Virus record (IMG/VR): IMGVR_UViG_3300037071_001584
Location: 1-64,000 of that record
Length of the DNA: 64,000 nucleotides
Direction: 5' to 3' (one strand)
Source of the DNA: an uncultured virus (IMG/VR IMGVR_UViG_3300037071_001584)
Lineage: Duplodnaviria; Heunggongvirae; Uroviricota; Caudoviricetes; Crassvirales
Shown here: in pieces, positions 40,400 through 50,940 of the stretch
How positions within the stretch are numbered: position 1 is the first letter of the stretch
Layout of the letters: each line of letters begins with the position of its first letter
The notes under the pieces: model-generated
Told to the model about the DNA's origin: nothing
The model's input: the letters and a program-made list of their open reading frames with translations, nothing else
Database searches by the model: none
Made by a program: the position numbers and the translations under genes

Positions 40400-43300
40400 A
40401 ACTTCTTCTTGTTAAAAATCCACCATATGCTGAAACGGTAACTTCTTTACCTTCTGCATTTAAATATTTGTCTCCAGCTTTAAGTGTAGGAGGAGTTTTT
40501 CCTAATGCAGCTTCTTTCATTTTAGAAATCTCTTCTGGAGTTGCAACTTTACCTGTCTTTTTATTTACAAGATAATTACCTCTTCTATCGTATCCATACA
40601 TATTAGCAACTTGATCCATTCTGTCATTTTCTAATCCAATTGCTCCAATATCATTACCTATTTGAGATGTAAACTTAGATCTTTGTGAATCATAATTTGC
40701 AATATCTTTATCATAAGTTTCTCTATCATAGTCAGATTTACCTGCATTATATTGAGCAATTTGACTTTTGTATTGTTGTTCTTGCATTGCTCTGTTTATT
40801 CTAATATTCTCAAGACCTTCTTGCGTTTTAGATATAGCCTCATTTTGCTGTGCGCCTATACCTAACATTGCTGCTCTTTGTTGTGCTTGACTACCTCCCA
40901 TTTGACCTAAAGCTCTATACTTATTATTGTATGCAGCATTTATATCTCTCATTGCTCTAGCTTCATCTACTTGAGGCACATTGTAAGCATCATTAAGTCT
41001 AGCAGAATATGTTCCTGTAGGTTTAGTTATTTTATCTCTTTCTATGTAGTTAGATATAGCAGGATATAATCTCATTGCTGAATTAGCTGCGCCTTTTAAA
41101 TCTCCAGCATTTTCACCTAAAAATGAACTTGCATTTGGATTACTTGCATTTGCACTTATATTACCAAAATCATTTTGTAAAGTATTTCTATTTAAATATT
41201 GACTAGCTAAATCATCAGTTATGCCTTTATCTGTTAAAATACCTTCTTCGCCATATTTACCTCCTCCTAAATATTTCTTTTTAATCAATCCACCATTCTT
41301 GGCATAAGTAGGAGTAGTCTTGTCTTTATTTTGAGCTATTGTGTTTACTGCTTTCACTATATTATCATTATCATATGTTCTATAAAAATTTTCAGATTCA
41401 GCACCTGCTGCTTTAGTTCTAGCTTCAAGATCTGCTCCGTCTTTGATAACTTCTCCAGGTTTTAAACCAAGTTTAGTTCTAAATTGATGAAAGTTCCCAT
41501 AAGTCTCTTCAGGAGTTTGCATGTATCTTTTTACATCTCTCTTGGCATTTTTCACCTTTTGATCATAAGGACTTCCTAAAACTTTCTGAGTTGCTGGTCC
41601 TAAGATAGAATCAACTCCCATTCCATGTGCAATCTCATGATCTACTACACCTTTACCTGCTCCTTTTTCAAATACTGTATTCTCATTTGGATATCTAGAG
41701 AATTGAGCTTGAGTTCCATCTCCAGGAGTTCCTGCGCTTATTGGCACATTTAGACCGTGAGCTATTAAAGGATTTAATACATTAGAATCCATTCCTGTAT
41801 TCTGAGTAAATCTTCTTCTAGTTTCAGGATTGTTGTACCAGTTTTGAATATTATTTCTTGCAGAGATAACTTCTTGGTCGTTGCCTGTGTATGGTTTTAT
41901 TTTTTCATTTAAACCAATTCTTCTAGGTTCTTTTCTAGTTCCTGAAGCAGTTGCTTGAACTATTCCAGTTGTGCTTGGTATTGCATACATTCCATATTCT
42001 TGTGGCAATGTAGGTCTAGACATTTTGTTTACACCAAGTATATCATTAGGTTTATTGTAGAAATCATTAGCATTATATTTAGGAGGATTTATATGACCAC
42101 CATCTGCAAAACTATCTTTAACAGTTGAATATCTTTCTTTTAATTCTATTTTAGGATTTATTTTTCTAGCTTTTTTAGCATATTCATCAATCATTCTTTT
42201 TTCCCTGCTGCCTTGATCAATTGTTTCTGACAACATTTGAGGAACTCCTCCTGGTAATATTCCTATAATATCAGCAGGATTGTAAGATTTATTATTATTA
42301 TACGAGTCATAAATACCATACATAGATCCAACATTACCTGGAAATTTTGAAAGGACACCTCTATTTAACAATTTACTTGACACTTGCAATGCGTCTGCAC
42401 CTCTTTGTACTGTATTAGTATCGTCTTCTGAAGTAACTTTTCCTCCACTTGCATATTTAGAAGGCTTATGTGTAATATAACCACCCATTGCAGCTACACG
42501 TTCTTCTGCAGGACCACCTATACCTGTCCATGCACTTGAATTAGGCATACCCGCATTAACTTTATTAATCAACATATCTTGGCCTTCAGCTATATTCTTT
42601 TTAGCCTTTTGTGAACCAAAATATCCTGACGCTCCACCTATAACTGCACCTGCTGCTGCACCCCAAGGCCCAAACATCATACCAGCTGAAGCTCCTTGTA
42701 CAGCTCCTGACGCTATAGCACTACCAGCCTTTGGTGAAGTATTACCAGTTTTAGCAGTATTGTATAGATCAAATGCTGTTCCAGCTGCTTTCATATAACT
42801 TCCAGCACCACTTAACATCCCTGACGTAGCATCAGCTCCGCCTGCAGCAGCTCCGGCTCCAGATCCAGTTAAACTAGTTGGCATAGCAGGAGCCTCAATA
42901 GACTGAGGCATAGATTTACTTTGATCATACATACTACTAAACATACTACCATAAGAACCTCCATTATCAAATGATTGTTGTTCTCCAGCATATTCTTCCA
43001 TTCCTTCAGGAACTTCTGTATTTTCAGGAGCAACTTGCTGAGAGTTCATCTGCATAGCTTGTTCTAGTTGCTCTTGCTGAATTCTCTTTTGTTCAGCTAA
43101 CTGTGTGGCTCTTTTTGTAAACGCATCTAAAGTTTCTTTATCAGCTTTACTACCAGCTTTATCTTTAAACTTACCACTAAGTTTACCCATGTATTCACCA
43201 GCAGTTACAGGAACTCTACTAGATGGTAGTCCAGCTGCTTTAATCTCTTCAGGAGACCATACTTGTCTATCTGAAAATATATACTTAGATCCTGTAGGTT

Positions 43301-43505
43301 TTTCTGTAGGAACGCCACTTTGATCAAGATTTACAGAAGTCTCTCCTTGCTCAACTAATGAATCTTCACCTAAAGGAATTCCTGAATGTGGGTTAGACTC
43401 ATGACTTCCACCGACATTATATGTAGTAAAAGGCCCTCCATTATCATATGTCTTTCTAGGATTTAGATAATCATTATATTTGTCTTTAATGTTATTATTC
43501 TGCAT
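40389..43505 (-). CDS. Virion cargo protein with repeated GG motifs, glycine-zipper helix and HExxH segment
   Basis: GGSHESNP, LVEQGET, YIFSDR, GAVQGASAGMMFGPWGAAAGAVIGG, DHEIAH; no Cys. Confidence 0.75.
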   Translation of the reverse strand: MQNNNIKDKYNDYLNPRKTYDNGGPFTTYNVGGSHESNPHSGIPLGEDSLVEQGETSVNLDQSGVPTEKPTGSKYIFSDRQVWSPEEIKAAGLPSSRVPVTAGEYMGKLSGKFKDKAGSKADKETLDAFTKRATQLAEQKRIQQEQLEQAMQMNSQQVAPENTEVPEGMEEYAGEQQSFDNGGSYGSMFSSMYDQSKSMPQSIEAPAMPTSLTGSGAGAAAGGADATSGMLSGAGSYMKAAGTAFDLYNTAKTGNTSPKAGSAIASGAVQGASAGMMFGPWGAAAGAVIGGASGYFGSQKAKKNIAEGQDMLINKVNAGMPNSSAWTGIGGPAEERVAAMGGYITHKPSKYASGGKVTSEDDTNTVQRGADALQVSSKLLNRGVLSKFPGNVGSMYGIYDSYNNNKSYNPADIIGILPGGVPQMLSETIDQGSREKRMIDEYAKKARKINPKIELKERYSTVKDSFADGGHINPPKYNANDFYNKPNDILGVNKMSRPTLPQEYGMYAIPSTTGIVQATASGTRKEPRRIGLNEKIKPYTGNDQEVISARNNIQNWYNNPETRRRFTQNTGMDSNVLNPLIAHGLNVPISAGTPGDGTQAQFSRYPNENTVFEKGAGKGVVDHEIAHGMGVDSILGPATQKVLGSPYDQKVKNAKRDVKRYMQTPEETYGNFHQFRTKLGLKPGEVIKDGADLEARTKAAGAESENFYRTYDNDNIVKAVNTIAQNKDKTTPTYAKNGGLIKKKYLGGGKYGEEGILTDKGITDDLASQYLNRNTLQNDFGNISANASNPNASSFLGENAGDLKGAANSAMRLYPAISNYIERDKITKPTGTYSARLNDAYNVPQVDEARAMRDINAAYNNKYRALGQMGGSQAQQRAAMLGIGAQQNEAISKTQEGLENIRINRAMQEQQYKSQIAQYNAGKSDYDRETYDKDIANYDSQRSKFTSQIGNDIGAIGLENDRMDQVANMYGYDRRGNYLVNKKTGKVATPEEISKMKEAALGKTPPTLKAGDKYLNAEGKEVTVSAYGGFLTRRSYGK

Positions 43506-44142
43506 TTGCTAAATATATAAAATTAGTATTATTTTTTCTAGAACCACTTAATTTTCTAGACATATTTTTTGGATTTAAATTATTTTCAATACAACATTCG
43601 CTTAAAGAATTCCATATTTTTTTGGTGTCCAAGCATATTACTTGTTTAGATGCTGGATTATCCTTTCCAGTTTTTCCATACATTCCATTTTTATCTCCTT
43701 TTTTTGCTTCAGATATATTTTTACGAACATCTATTGTTCTTTCTGGTCTTTTTTTACCTTTTCTTGATAAACTCATTTTTTCACAACACTCTTTTGATCT
43801 TTTTTTCCCTTTATTAGAATTACTTATTTTTAATCTAGACTCTTCACTTAATCTAATTGGTAAAATATCTGTTTCTGTTAAAACGCAGTTTAATCCATTT
43901 TCACTTAAAACATTGTAATAGTCTTGCCAATATCTTTCTTTAATGTTTAAATCATCAAAAATACATTCATCAATAAATTCAAAAACATGATTATCGTATC
44001 CATATTTGTATAAAGAGCTATACAATTTAGGTTGACCTTTACAACTTAAGTTTTTATAATATGAAATCCTCTTTTCATAATTAGAACTTTGTCCTATATA
44101 TATCTTTCCAGATGGACTTGTTATTTTATATATCCCTATCAT
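43495..44142 (-). mobile_element. Free-standing GIY-YIG homing endonuclease with NUMOD3-like repeats
   Basis: MIGIYKITSPSGKIYIGQS, ERYWQD, SEESRLKIS, KNISEAKKG, NGMYGK; ATG at 44142. Confidence 0.88.
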
Positions 44143-44158
44143 ATTAATATATTTATAC

Positions 44159-44194
44159 AAAAAATGGGAAGAAAGTTTTTAGCTCTCCCCCCAT
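44159..44194 (-). terminator. Terminator-like hairpin directly upstream of the homing endonuclease
   Basis: Minus strand ATGGGGGGAGAG-CTAAAAA-CTTTCTTCCCAT followed by a T run. Confidence 0.6.
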
Positions 44195-44223
44195 TGTATT
44201 TGGTTGTTTAGTAAGTTGTTCTG

Positions 44224-44255
44224 CAAAGATAATACATTTTTGTTTGCAAACCAAA
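44224..44255 (-). promoter_or_regulatory. Bacteroidota housekeeping-type promoter (-33 TTTG / -7 TAnnTTTG)
   Basis: Minus strand TTTG-N20-TATCTTTG. Confidence 0.7.
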
Positions 44256-44300
44256 CTTTTTAGGAGTTATTTTATTATAAAATATTTGATAACGCATTAA

Positions 44301-47300
44301 TTACACAGTATAGTACACGTTTAGTGGGTGTAAAATCAACTTATAATCAATATTACCAGGATTATTATAGGTTTGATCAAAGTCAATTTCTAATTTAATC
44401 CATGGAGCTCTTATTCTATTACGTCCTTCTCTAGGTATTAATGCATTCCAATCTCTAAACTTACGTCTAAGATTATTATTACGTCCTAATATTAAGTCCT
44501 CATATCCTGAATCTTGATAATCATTATATGCTCGTATATGAGATATTGTTTTGTCAGGAGCGTCTAACCCACTAAATGTATTATATACCTCAGATTTGAA
44601 ATTGATATTATCAAATACACAATCTAAAAGTGGTTCTGGATTCACATTGAATATAACAGAAGATTTATACTTAGTTCCAAAGAACTCATTATAGTTTCCT
44701 TCATATTGTCTATACAATCTTAAGTCAGTTGGATCAATTGCTATTAATACAGATCCTTTACTTATATACATTGTAGGTAGATAATCATAGAATGATACAA
44801 ATGATGCAGACTTCTCATTATAAGACAACGTAAAGTCTAGTCCATTAGGTTGATGAAATGTCATCAGTACATCATCATTGATATAATCATACCCAGAAGA
44901 TATACCATCTAGCAATAAAGGATTATCTGTTTTAAGCTCATTTGCGACCACATTATTTAAAAAGAATGTATGGAGACCTTTTATATCAGATAGTGGCTCT
45001 ATGCCACCTTTAAATACCTGAAACGACTGGTTTAACGTATCATAGTAGTATACACCTGAAGGCGCGACTACAACTCCCCATTTATTTAATGTTCCAGAGT
45101 TAGTTGAAGCATAACTATAGTTGTTCAGAACTTGACCTGTACCTAACTCAATTGCAAGACCATCTTGACCTTGAACTTGAACTCTAGGATTAATAGATAA
45201 GAAAGCAAATGCTTTATCTTGTAACGCATATAAGTAGTCATTGAAGCTAATCAATGCATTAATAGCTCCATATTTACCATCTAAAGTTAATACTTCATTT
45301 TGCAATATATCTGTCCAACTATCAATTATTTCTCCTGCAGACTTCTCTTTAGACGCAATTACATTAGTGTCAAATCCATCTACCTTCTTAACATTGAAAT
45401 CTAACTCTCGTTTTGATATCAGGTTAGGTAATTGTGAATAAACTTTATTGTATTTATGATATTCAGCATCTAAATAATGAAATTTACTATCCCATGTTGT
45501 GAAACTTGCATCGTTTCTATTCTTCATATCTACAGTAGATTCTGAAGCAAACTCAACTATCTCTTGCCATGATGGAACACCTTGTGAGAATGTAGCAGGA
45601 GTCTTAGGAATAACTCTAAGGAATTTAAAGAAGTTTACGAATGTATCTCCAGGTGAAACGATTAAGTTTACAGGAGTTAATTCATCAAAGTTTTTAAAAT
45701 CCCCTATCTCTATATATTTAGTTCTTTTCTTATCTTCCCAACTGTTACCTCCATATATATTACCTAAATATATTTGATCTCTTGGCTTTATAATTTCACC
45801 TACAATTCCTAAATTTGTTATACCTGATCCAAATGCAGCATCTGTAAATAAGTTTTCAGCTAATGGCCTGTCATACCAGTTAGTTGCTGTAGGAGTTTTA
45901 TCTAATACAAATGTTATACATCTGTTATTGTCACTATTCCCTGAAATTATAGCTCTACCATATTTACCTCCTTCTGCATAATAATTATTTTTATCTGAGC
46001 GTATGTCTAGAAATGTGTTAATATACTTATACTTAGAATCACCATTGTATGACGTCACATTCTGCCCTTTAACGGTCAATTCTGGCGTCCCATATATATT
46101 ATATACACTTTGTGTAGTTGATGGCTTAAACGCGTCCGTAGGAGGTGCAGGAGCCGCTAATGTAGCTGATATCGCATTGTTAATTGAGTCAACACCTACT
46201 AACATAGGAGATCCACTTACATCTCTGATTTCTGCATGTATATCTACATCGAAGACCATGTCAGCAGTTGGTACAATTTTAAAGTAATAATGATATTCTT
46301 TATAGATTCCACCAAAGTCTGGTTGATCTATTATAGGTAATGATACAACTGAGTTGCCTACACCAGTAAATGATGCTAAAACATTGTTTCCTTCAGAGTC
46401 AGCACATATAGCTGCAGTATAACTTATTGCTCCATTAGTTGGAGTTAATGTATATGTAAGTACAAATTCTCTATCATTATCAACTGCAATAAAAGTTATA
46501 TCTCTATTGTTAGATTGAAATCTAATAGCTTCTGCAGGATAAGGAGGAATTGCTGGCATTGGCGGACTTGGAGGAACTGTAGACAATACAAATGGAACCA
46601 AGAATGAAACTATGTAGTTGTTTGCAGTAAATGTGTCATTAATGGAAACATTGCCATAACCTCTATACCAACTCAAAAATGCAACCCTATTTGGATCACT
46701 TCCTGCAGGATGACATATAAGACCTAAATTTGTAGGAGATTCTCCATTACCAGTTATTGTGACTTTTGTATCTGCATATGTTAAAGACAATCCATTAAGT
46801 CCTTTACCTTCGTCTATAAGCTCTTGATTCTCTTTAAATGACTTACCCCATACAGCATTATATTTATTTTCAAGACCACCTTTCATTCTAAATTGATATC
46901 CCTGACTTAATTGAATAGATTCGTTAAATACAATTTCTGGAGAGTATAGTTGATACATTGCATTATACTGGTAAAATCTACCCCTAGTATCATCGTCTCC
47001 TTGATTAGCTCTTTGAATTTCATTGTCAGTACTCATTTTCACATTACACATTTCTTGTAAGTTTTGAGAAAGTTCTAGTGGTCTTGTGTTAGACCCAAAA
47101 TGTCTGCTAAAGTCATTAAAGAAAGGGCCTATATTTCTAAATAGAATGTTAGGAAGTTTTGGTATAGAGTCGGCTTTAGTTTTTAAATATGTAAGGTCAG
47201 CTGCATTTGGTAGATTGACATTTTTAGTGTTTTTGTCATTAATCATAACTGGAGTTACAAGTCCATTAGCCACAATAGTCTTATCATTAACAGTTCTTTC

Positions 47301-48899
47301 TGCAATTAAAACTCTATAACCTACTGGCTTATCGTATTCAGTTTCAAAGTTACTAGCGTCGTTTAGCCAAACGAAAAATTCTGGTTTGAGTGTAAATATC
47401 AAAGCATTATAAAAACCTCTTAAATTGCCCTCTCTGGCCTTGAAATCAGCTACCCAACTAGGTAGCGAGTATTGTCCAAATCCATTTACAAATTCTATTC
47501 CTAATCTATATATCTCATCATCCTTAAAGTATCTTGCATCTGCGCTATACACAGTTGTTTGATGAAGCTCATATTTTAAATACAAACCTTCTCCTCCAAA
47601 CGTTATACCATTCTTTTGAAACTTATATATACTATAGTCTAGATTGACAGAATCATTCTTTTCATCTGGTCCTAGAAATGTACTTGGATTAACAACTGTA
47701 GGATCGCCTGTAAGGCCTCCTACATCTGGTGTAAGATCTCCAGGTAACCATAACTTTACATTGTCATAAACTGTAGATAATCCTCCTGCGGTAAAGCTAT
47801 ATGCTCTTGTATCTAAATTAACATCATAATTTCTTTCCTCATAGTTAGCTAAAAACATTCTATTGTCTTTAGAGTTAATATGTCTTGGTATAAGTATATC
47901 AGATCCAAGGAAAAGAAACTCTTCTAGTGATATTGATGTTATAACATTACCATCATCAAACACTTCTATTTCTCTAGATGAAGGAACTTCTCTGTCATCT
48001 ATAATAGATATTGTAGGAGATTGATTGTATGAAGTATATTTAATTGCGTATACTTTTATATGTGTGTAGTCTTCATCTATATCTCTAATTGAAACTACTG
48101 GAGTAGATCCTACAACTTCGTTTAAAGCACCACCACCTAATGCATCTTTATCTAAAGACACTAATTGACTAAGCGGACTTAATCTAGTTTGAGATGAGTT
48201 AACTCTATATAAGTTGTAAGCATATTGTATCATACCTGCAGTATGTATACCTCCAGTAAGTATTCTAACTATAATTGGTTGTGACACATCATATTGTCCT
48301 ACCATGTCAATAGTAGTTAAAGATACGTCTATTAAATTCTCTAGATCTTCGTTCTCAATAGAATGCTCTATGTTAATGAATCTCATTTGATGAACTCCAT
48401 CTACCCAATATACTTTATCTATCGCTTTGTTTTCAAAGTTGTTTATAGCTTGAATAGGATAGTCTCTTTTAAATCCCATACTTCTTAAATATAGAAGAGT
48501 GATCTCATATCCAGGTTTCTCTATATCTATTTTCCAGATACAATCAAAGCCATTCTCATCAGATGTGAATAGTATTGCATAATGTCTTGTAGTAGTGTGC
48601 CCTATAATGTATTGAGGTCCTGACGAACCTGTTAAATCATCTAATTCATCTGTTGTAAATGGCAATTCTTCATCTAAGTATGTTATTTTACTATTTGTAT
48701 GGTCTACTGTAACTATTGGTATGGTGTAAATAAACTTGTTGCCTTTCTCATTTGATATTGCACCTGTAGATTGAGAATCTGTTGCTACAATCCTTATGTT
48801 TTTACCTTCGAAATAGAAGTTACTTCTAAATAGAGATTGGGCAACATCTTGATTCATCCCTTGGTAATTAAATTGTGTTGCTTTATTTGCCATCTTCAA
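44301..48899 (-). CDS. Tail stabilisation / muzzle-like protein
   Basis: 1532 aa, GMNQD..NIRI N-terminus, KVYWVDG, DGKYGAI, RRKFRDW..IPR C-terminus; synteny with crAss-like tail modules; real start probably a few codons downstream. Confidence 0.75.
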   Translation of the reverse strand: MKMANKATQFNYQGMNQDVAQSLFRSNFYFEGKNIRIVATDSQSTGAISNEKGNKFIYTIPIVTVDHTNSKITYLDEELPFTTDELDDLTGSSGPQYIIGHTTTRHYAILFTSDENGFDCIWKIDIEKPGYEITLLYLRSMGFKRDYPIQAINNFENKAIDKVYWVDGVHQMRFINIEHSIENEDLENLIDVSLTTIDMVGQYDVSQPIIVRILTGGIHTAGMIQYAYNLYRVNSSQTRLSPLSQLVSLDKDALGGGALNEVVGSTPVVSIRDIDEDYTHIKVYAIKYTSYNQSPTISIIDDREVPSSREIEVFDDGNVITSISLEEFLFLGSDILIPRHINSKDNRMFLANYEERNYDVNLDTRAYSFTAGGLSTVYDNVKLWLPGDLTPDVGGLTGDPTVVNPSTFLGPDEKNDSVNLDYSIYKFQKNGITFGGEGLYLKYELHQTTVYSADARYFKDDEIYRLGIEFVNGFGQYSLPSWVADFKAREGNLRGFYNALIFTLKPEFFVWLNDASNFETEYDKPVGYRVLIAERTVNDKTIVANGLVTPVMINDKNTKNVNLPNAADLTYLKTKADSIPKLPNILFRNIGPFFNDFSRHFGSNTRPLELSQNLQEMCNVKMSTDNEIQRANQGDDDTRGRFYQYNAMYQLYSPEIVFNESIQLSQGYQFRMKGGLENKYNAVWGKSFKENQELIDEGKGLNGLSLTYADTKVTITGNGESPTNLGLICHPAGSDPNRVAFLSWYRGYGNVSINDTFTANNYIVSFLVPFVLSTVPPSPPMPAIPPYPAEAIRFQSNNRDITFIAVDNDREFVLTYTLTPTNGAISYTAAICADSEGNNVLASFTGVGNSVVSLPIIDQPDFGGIYKEYHYYFKIVPTADMVFDVDIHAEIRDVSGSPMLVGVDSINNAISATLAAPAPPTDAFKPSTTQSVYNIYGTPELTVKGQNVTSYNGDSKYKYINTFLDIRSDKNNYYAEGGKYGRAIISGNSDNNRCITFVLDKTPTATNWYDRPLAENLFTDAAFGSGITNLGIVGEIIKPRDQIYLGNIYGGNSWEDKKRTKYIEIGDFKNFDELTPVNLIVSPGDTFVNFFKFLRVIPKTPATFSQGVPSWQEIVEFASESTVDMKNRNDASFTTWDSKFHYLDAEYHKYNKVYSQLPNLISKRELDFNVKKVDGFDTNVIASKEKSAGEIIDSWTDILQNEVLTLDGKYGAINALISFNDYLYALQDKAFAFLSINPRVQVQGQDGLAIELGTGQVLNNYSYASTNSGTLNKWGVVVAPSGVYYYDTLNQSFQVFKGGIEPLSDIKGLHTFFLNNVVANELKTDNPLLLDGISSGYDYINDDVLMTFHQPNGLDFTLSYNEKSASFVSFYDYLPTMYISKGSVLIAIDPTDLRLYRQYEGNYNEFFGTKYKSSVIFNVNPEPLLDCVFDNINFKSEVYNTFSGLDAPDKTISHIRAYNDYQDSGYEDLILGRNNNLRRKFRDWNALIPREGRNRIRAPWIKLEIDFDQTYNNPGNIDYKLILHPLNVYYTV

Positions 48900-48914
48900 A
48901 ATGTATAAATATTA

Positions 48915-49676
48915 TCATCGGAATTTTCTAAGGCGTTCCTTCTCACCCATTTTTTTGTAAAAGTTTTCGTGCATTGTTGTATTAAGAATAAGCCTATTGA
49001 TACCATTCATGATAGATTCCATTCCATCGTAGTTTGGCATTTGCAATGATGTGTAAGCTGAAGGCATGTAGAAGTATCTCTTTTGTTGTATGTATTCAAA
49101 AGCCTTGTCAGTTATTTTGCCCATCAACCATACTGGTTCTAAGTATCTTGATAATATATAGTATTCCATTGCTAGAGCCACCTTCTCATTATCAGGTATA
49201 AGTGGGAATCCATCTTCATCTGTAGCAAGACCTTTATAAGCCATCTCTATACAACCATCTCTCATAGATGTAAAGATAACTCCATTCTGAAGTTTATATG
49301 TGAACTCAGCTCTTCTATGATTTCCTCTTAAATTGAACTCAGTATCTTGTTCACCTGCATGTTCCATTGGATCAAAGTGATAGATATCCGTAGCTTCTCT
49401 CATTGCTATAAATCTAGACGCATGAGACGTTTCTGGCTCACTGGTGTCAAGATAACGTACTCCATCTACTTTAAGTATATCGCATGGAATTGGTGCCTTA
49501 TAATTGACTAAATCAACTGAATAAAGCTTGTTTTCTTGTGCCGCTGGAGCTCCTAATAGTTTTAAGAATTCCATTGCATATTCTGCTGCTTCTTCATATG
49601 TTAGTTCCTCACATAATCCATGCTTCATTACTTTCCACATTATTGTACCTAATGAGGTATAATGTCCATTTGTCAT
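48915..49676 (-). CDS. Tail ring (tubular) protein
   Basis: DEDGFPLIPD motif and position before the muzzle-like gene. Confidence 0.65.
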   Translation of the reverse strand: MTNGHYTSLGTIMWKVMKHGLCEELTYEEAAEYAMEFLKLLGAPAAQENKLYSVDLVNYKAPIPCDILKVDGVRYLDTSEPETSHASRFIAMREATDIYHFDPMEHAGEQDTEFNLRGNHRRAEFTYKLQNGVIFTSMRDGCIEMAYKGLATDEDGFPLIPDNEKVALAMEYYILSRYLEPVWLMGKITDKAFEYIQQKRYFYMPSAYTSLQMPNYDGMESIMNGINRLILNTTMHENFYKKMGEKERLRKFR

Positions 49677-49695
49677 TGTATTATTTATTTAGTTG

Positions 49696-50214
49696 TTAAT
49701 ATAGAAGAAACGAGTCATATTTATCTTTATCTTCATCCTTTATTCTTTTAGCTAATCTCCTTGAAAAGTATCTAGAAGATTTATAACTATAGTATTTCTT
49801 ATTCATAAAAGGATATACATTCTTTTTAAATGATACTTTGAAGACATATTTAGATGTATGGTTGTTTAGATACCTAACAAGAAGCTTCTTTTCTTTAGCC
49901 TCTTCATCTTCATCCCATAGTTTGTTAGTAGCAACCCAGTCAACTGGTGTAGGATTATACAACTTACCATCTTTAATCCTAGGAACACTTTTAGTTTTCT
50001 TTATAGATAGTGTAGCTCCAACATGTGGTAAGGCATACTCTAAATTATTCTCTATAATAAGGTCAATAAGTCCTATATTAAATTTACTAACTATCTCAGA
50101 GAACTCTCCTTTAGATATCTTTATTCCAGGATTATCCTTCTTAAAGAACTTATAGTAGTCTCTCATGCCATAATGTACAGGTATCTTACCTTCTGTTCGT
50201 TTGTTCTTGCTCAT
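49696..50214 (-). CDS. IHF/HU-like basic protein of crAss-like tail modules
   Basis: Lys-rich; LPHVGATLSIKK, VDWVAT, NNHT; synteny. Confidence 0.55.
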   Translation of the reverse strand: MSKNKRTEGKIPVHYGMRDYYKFFKKDNPGIKISKGEFSEIVSKFNIGLIDLIIENNLEYALPHVGATLSIKKTKSVPRIKDGKLYNPTPVDWVATNKLWDEDEEAKEKKLLVRYLNNHTSKYVFKVSFKKNVYPFMNKKYYSYKSSRYFSRRLAKRIKDEDKDKYDSFLLY

Positions 50215-50887
50215 CGTCTGAATCGTTTTCTCTGTCTTGAGGCGTATTAACGCTTATTGTAAGTTCTTTTATGATTTCAGCTTTAATGAAATCTATATAG
50301 TGTGGTTGTAATGGATAGTTTGTTGTATACATATCATAACACGGTTTAGCATCATCACATCCACAACATGTACTATAATCCATCAATGCCAAAGGATCTT
50401 CAAATATTCCTGTAACAGTTACGCATTCAATTAAGTTTAACTCTGCTTGTTTACCAACTATATAAATATACATATCATTATCTAAGAATGCATATACAGT
50501 ATTGAATGGAGAGTACTTGCTATACACGGCTTTCTGTTTAGTTGTAAAGCTAAAAGGAACTGCTAGTCTAGTAGTCGGTTTAATGGCAATTATAGCTGAT
50601 TTAAGGTGCAAATCTAATGGAGTTGGTATTTTATCTACAGTTCTTAAAATAGTCTCGCAATCGTACTCTAAACCACATTCATTGGCAGATACAACTTCAG
50701 TTGCCATACAGAGTGTTTGTGTTACAGATATATCTGTAGTATGTTGGTAATTGTTAAGATCTTGTCTTAGATATCTAGCTCTCTTTATATTATATAGATG
50801 TATAATATATCTATCGTCTATATCTCCATCATCTGAAAACTGTCTTAATTGTTCACGGACATCGTAAACGATTCTTTCTATGATCAT
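50186..50887 (-). CDS. Tail ring protein
   Basis: SDD.DIDDR, QTLC, GIFEDP, YPL, PQDREND; synteny. Confidence 0.6.
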   Translation of the reverse strand: MIIERIVYDVREQLRQFSDDGDIDDRYIIHLYNIKRARYLRQDLNNYQHTTDISVTQTLCMATEVVSANECGLEYDCETILRTVDKIPTPLDLHLKSAIIAIKPTTRLAVPFSFTTKQKAVYSKYSPFNTVYAFLDNDMYIYIVGKQAELNLIECVTVTGIFEDPLALMDYSTCCGCDDAKPCYDMYTTNYPLQPHYIDFIKAEIIKELTISVNTPQDRENDSDDEQEQTNRR

Positions 50888-50940
50888 ATTTATTTAAATT
50901 AAAAAAGCTCCCCAACATTTGAGTCAAGAAGCTTTATATA

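Noticed and set aside
39839..44160. Group I introns housing the two endonucleases
   Set aside because: Both ORFs overlap flanking genes directly, leaving no room for ribozyme cores, and the flanking genes appear complete
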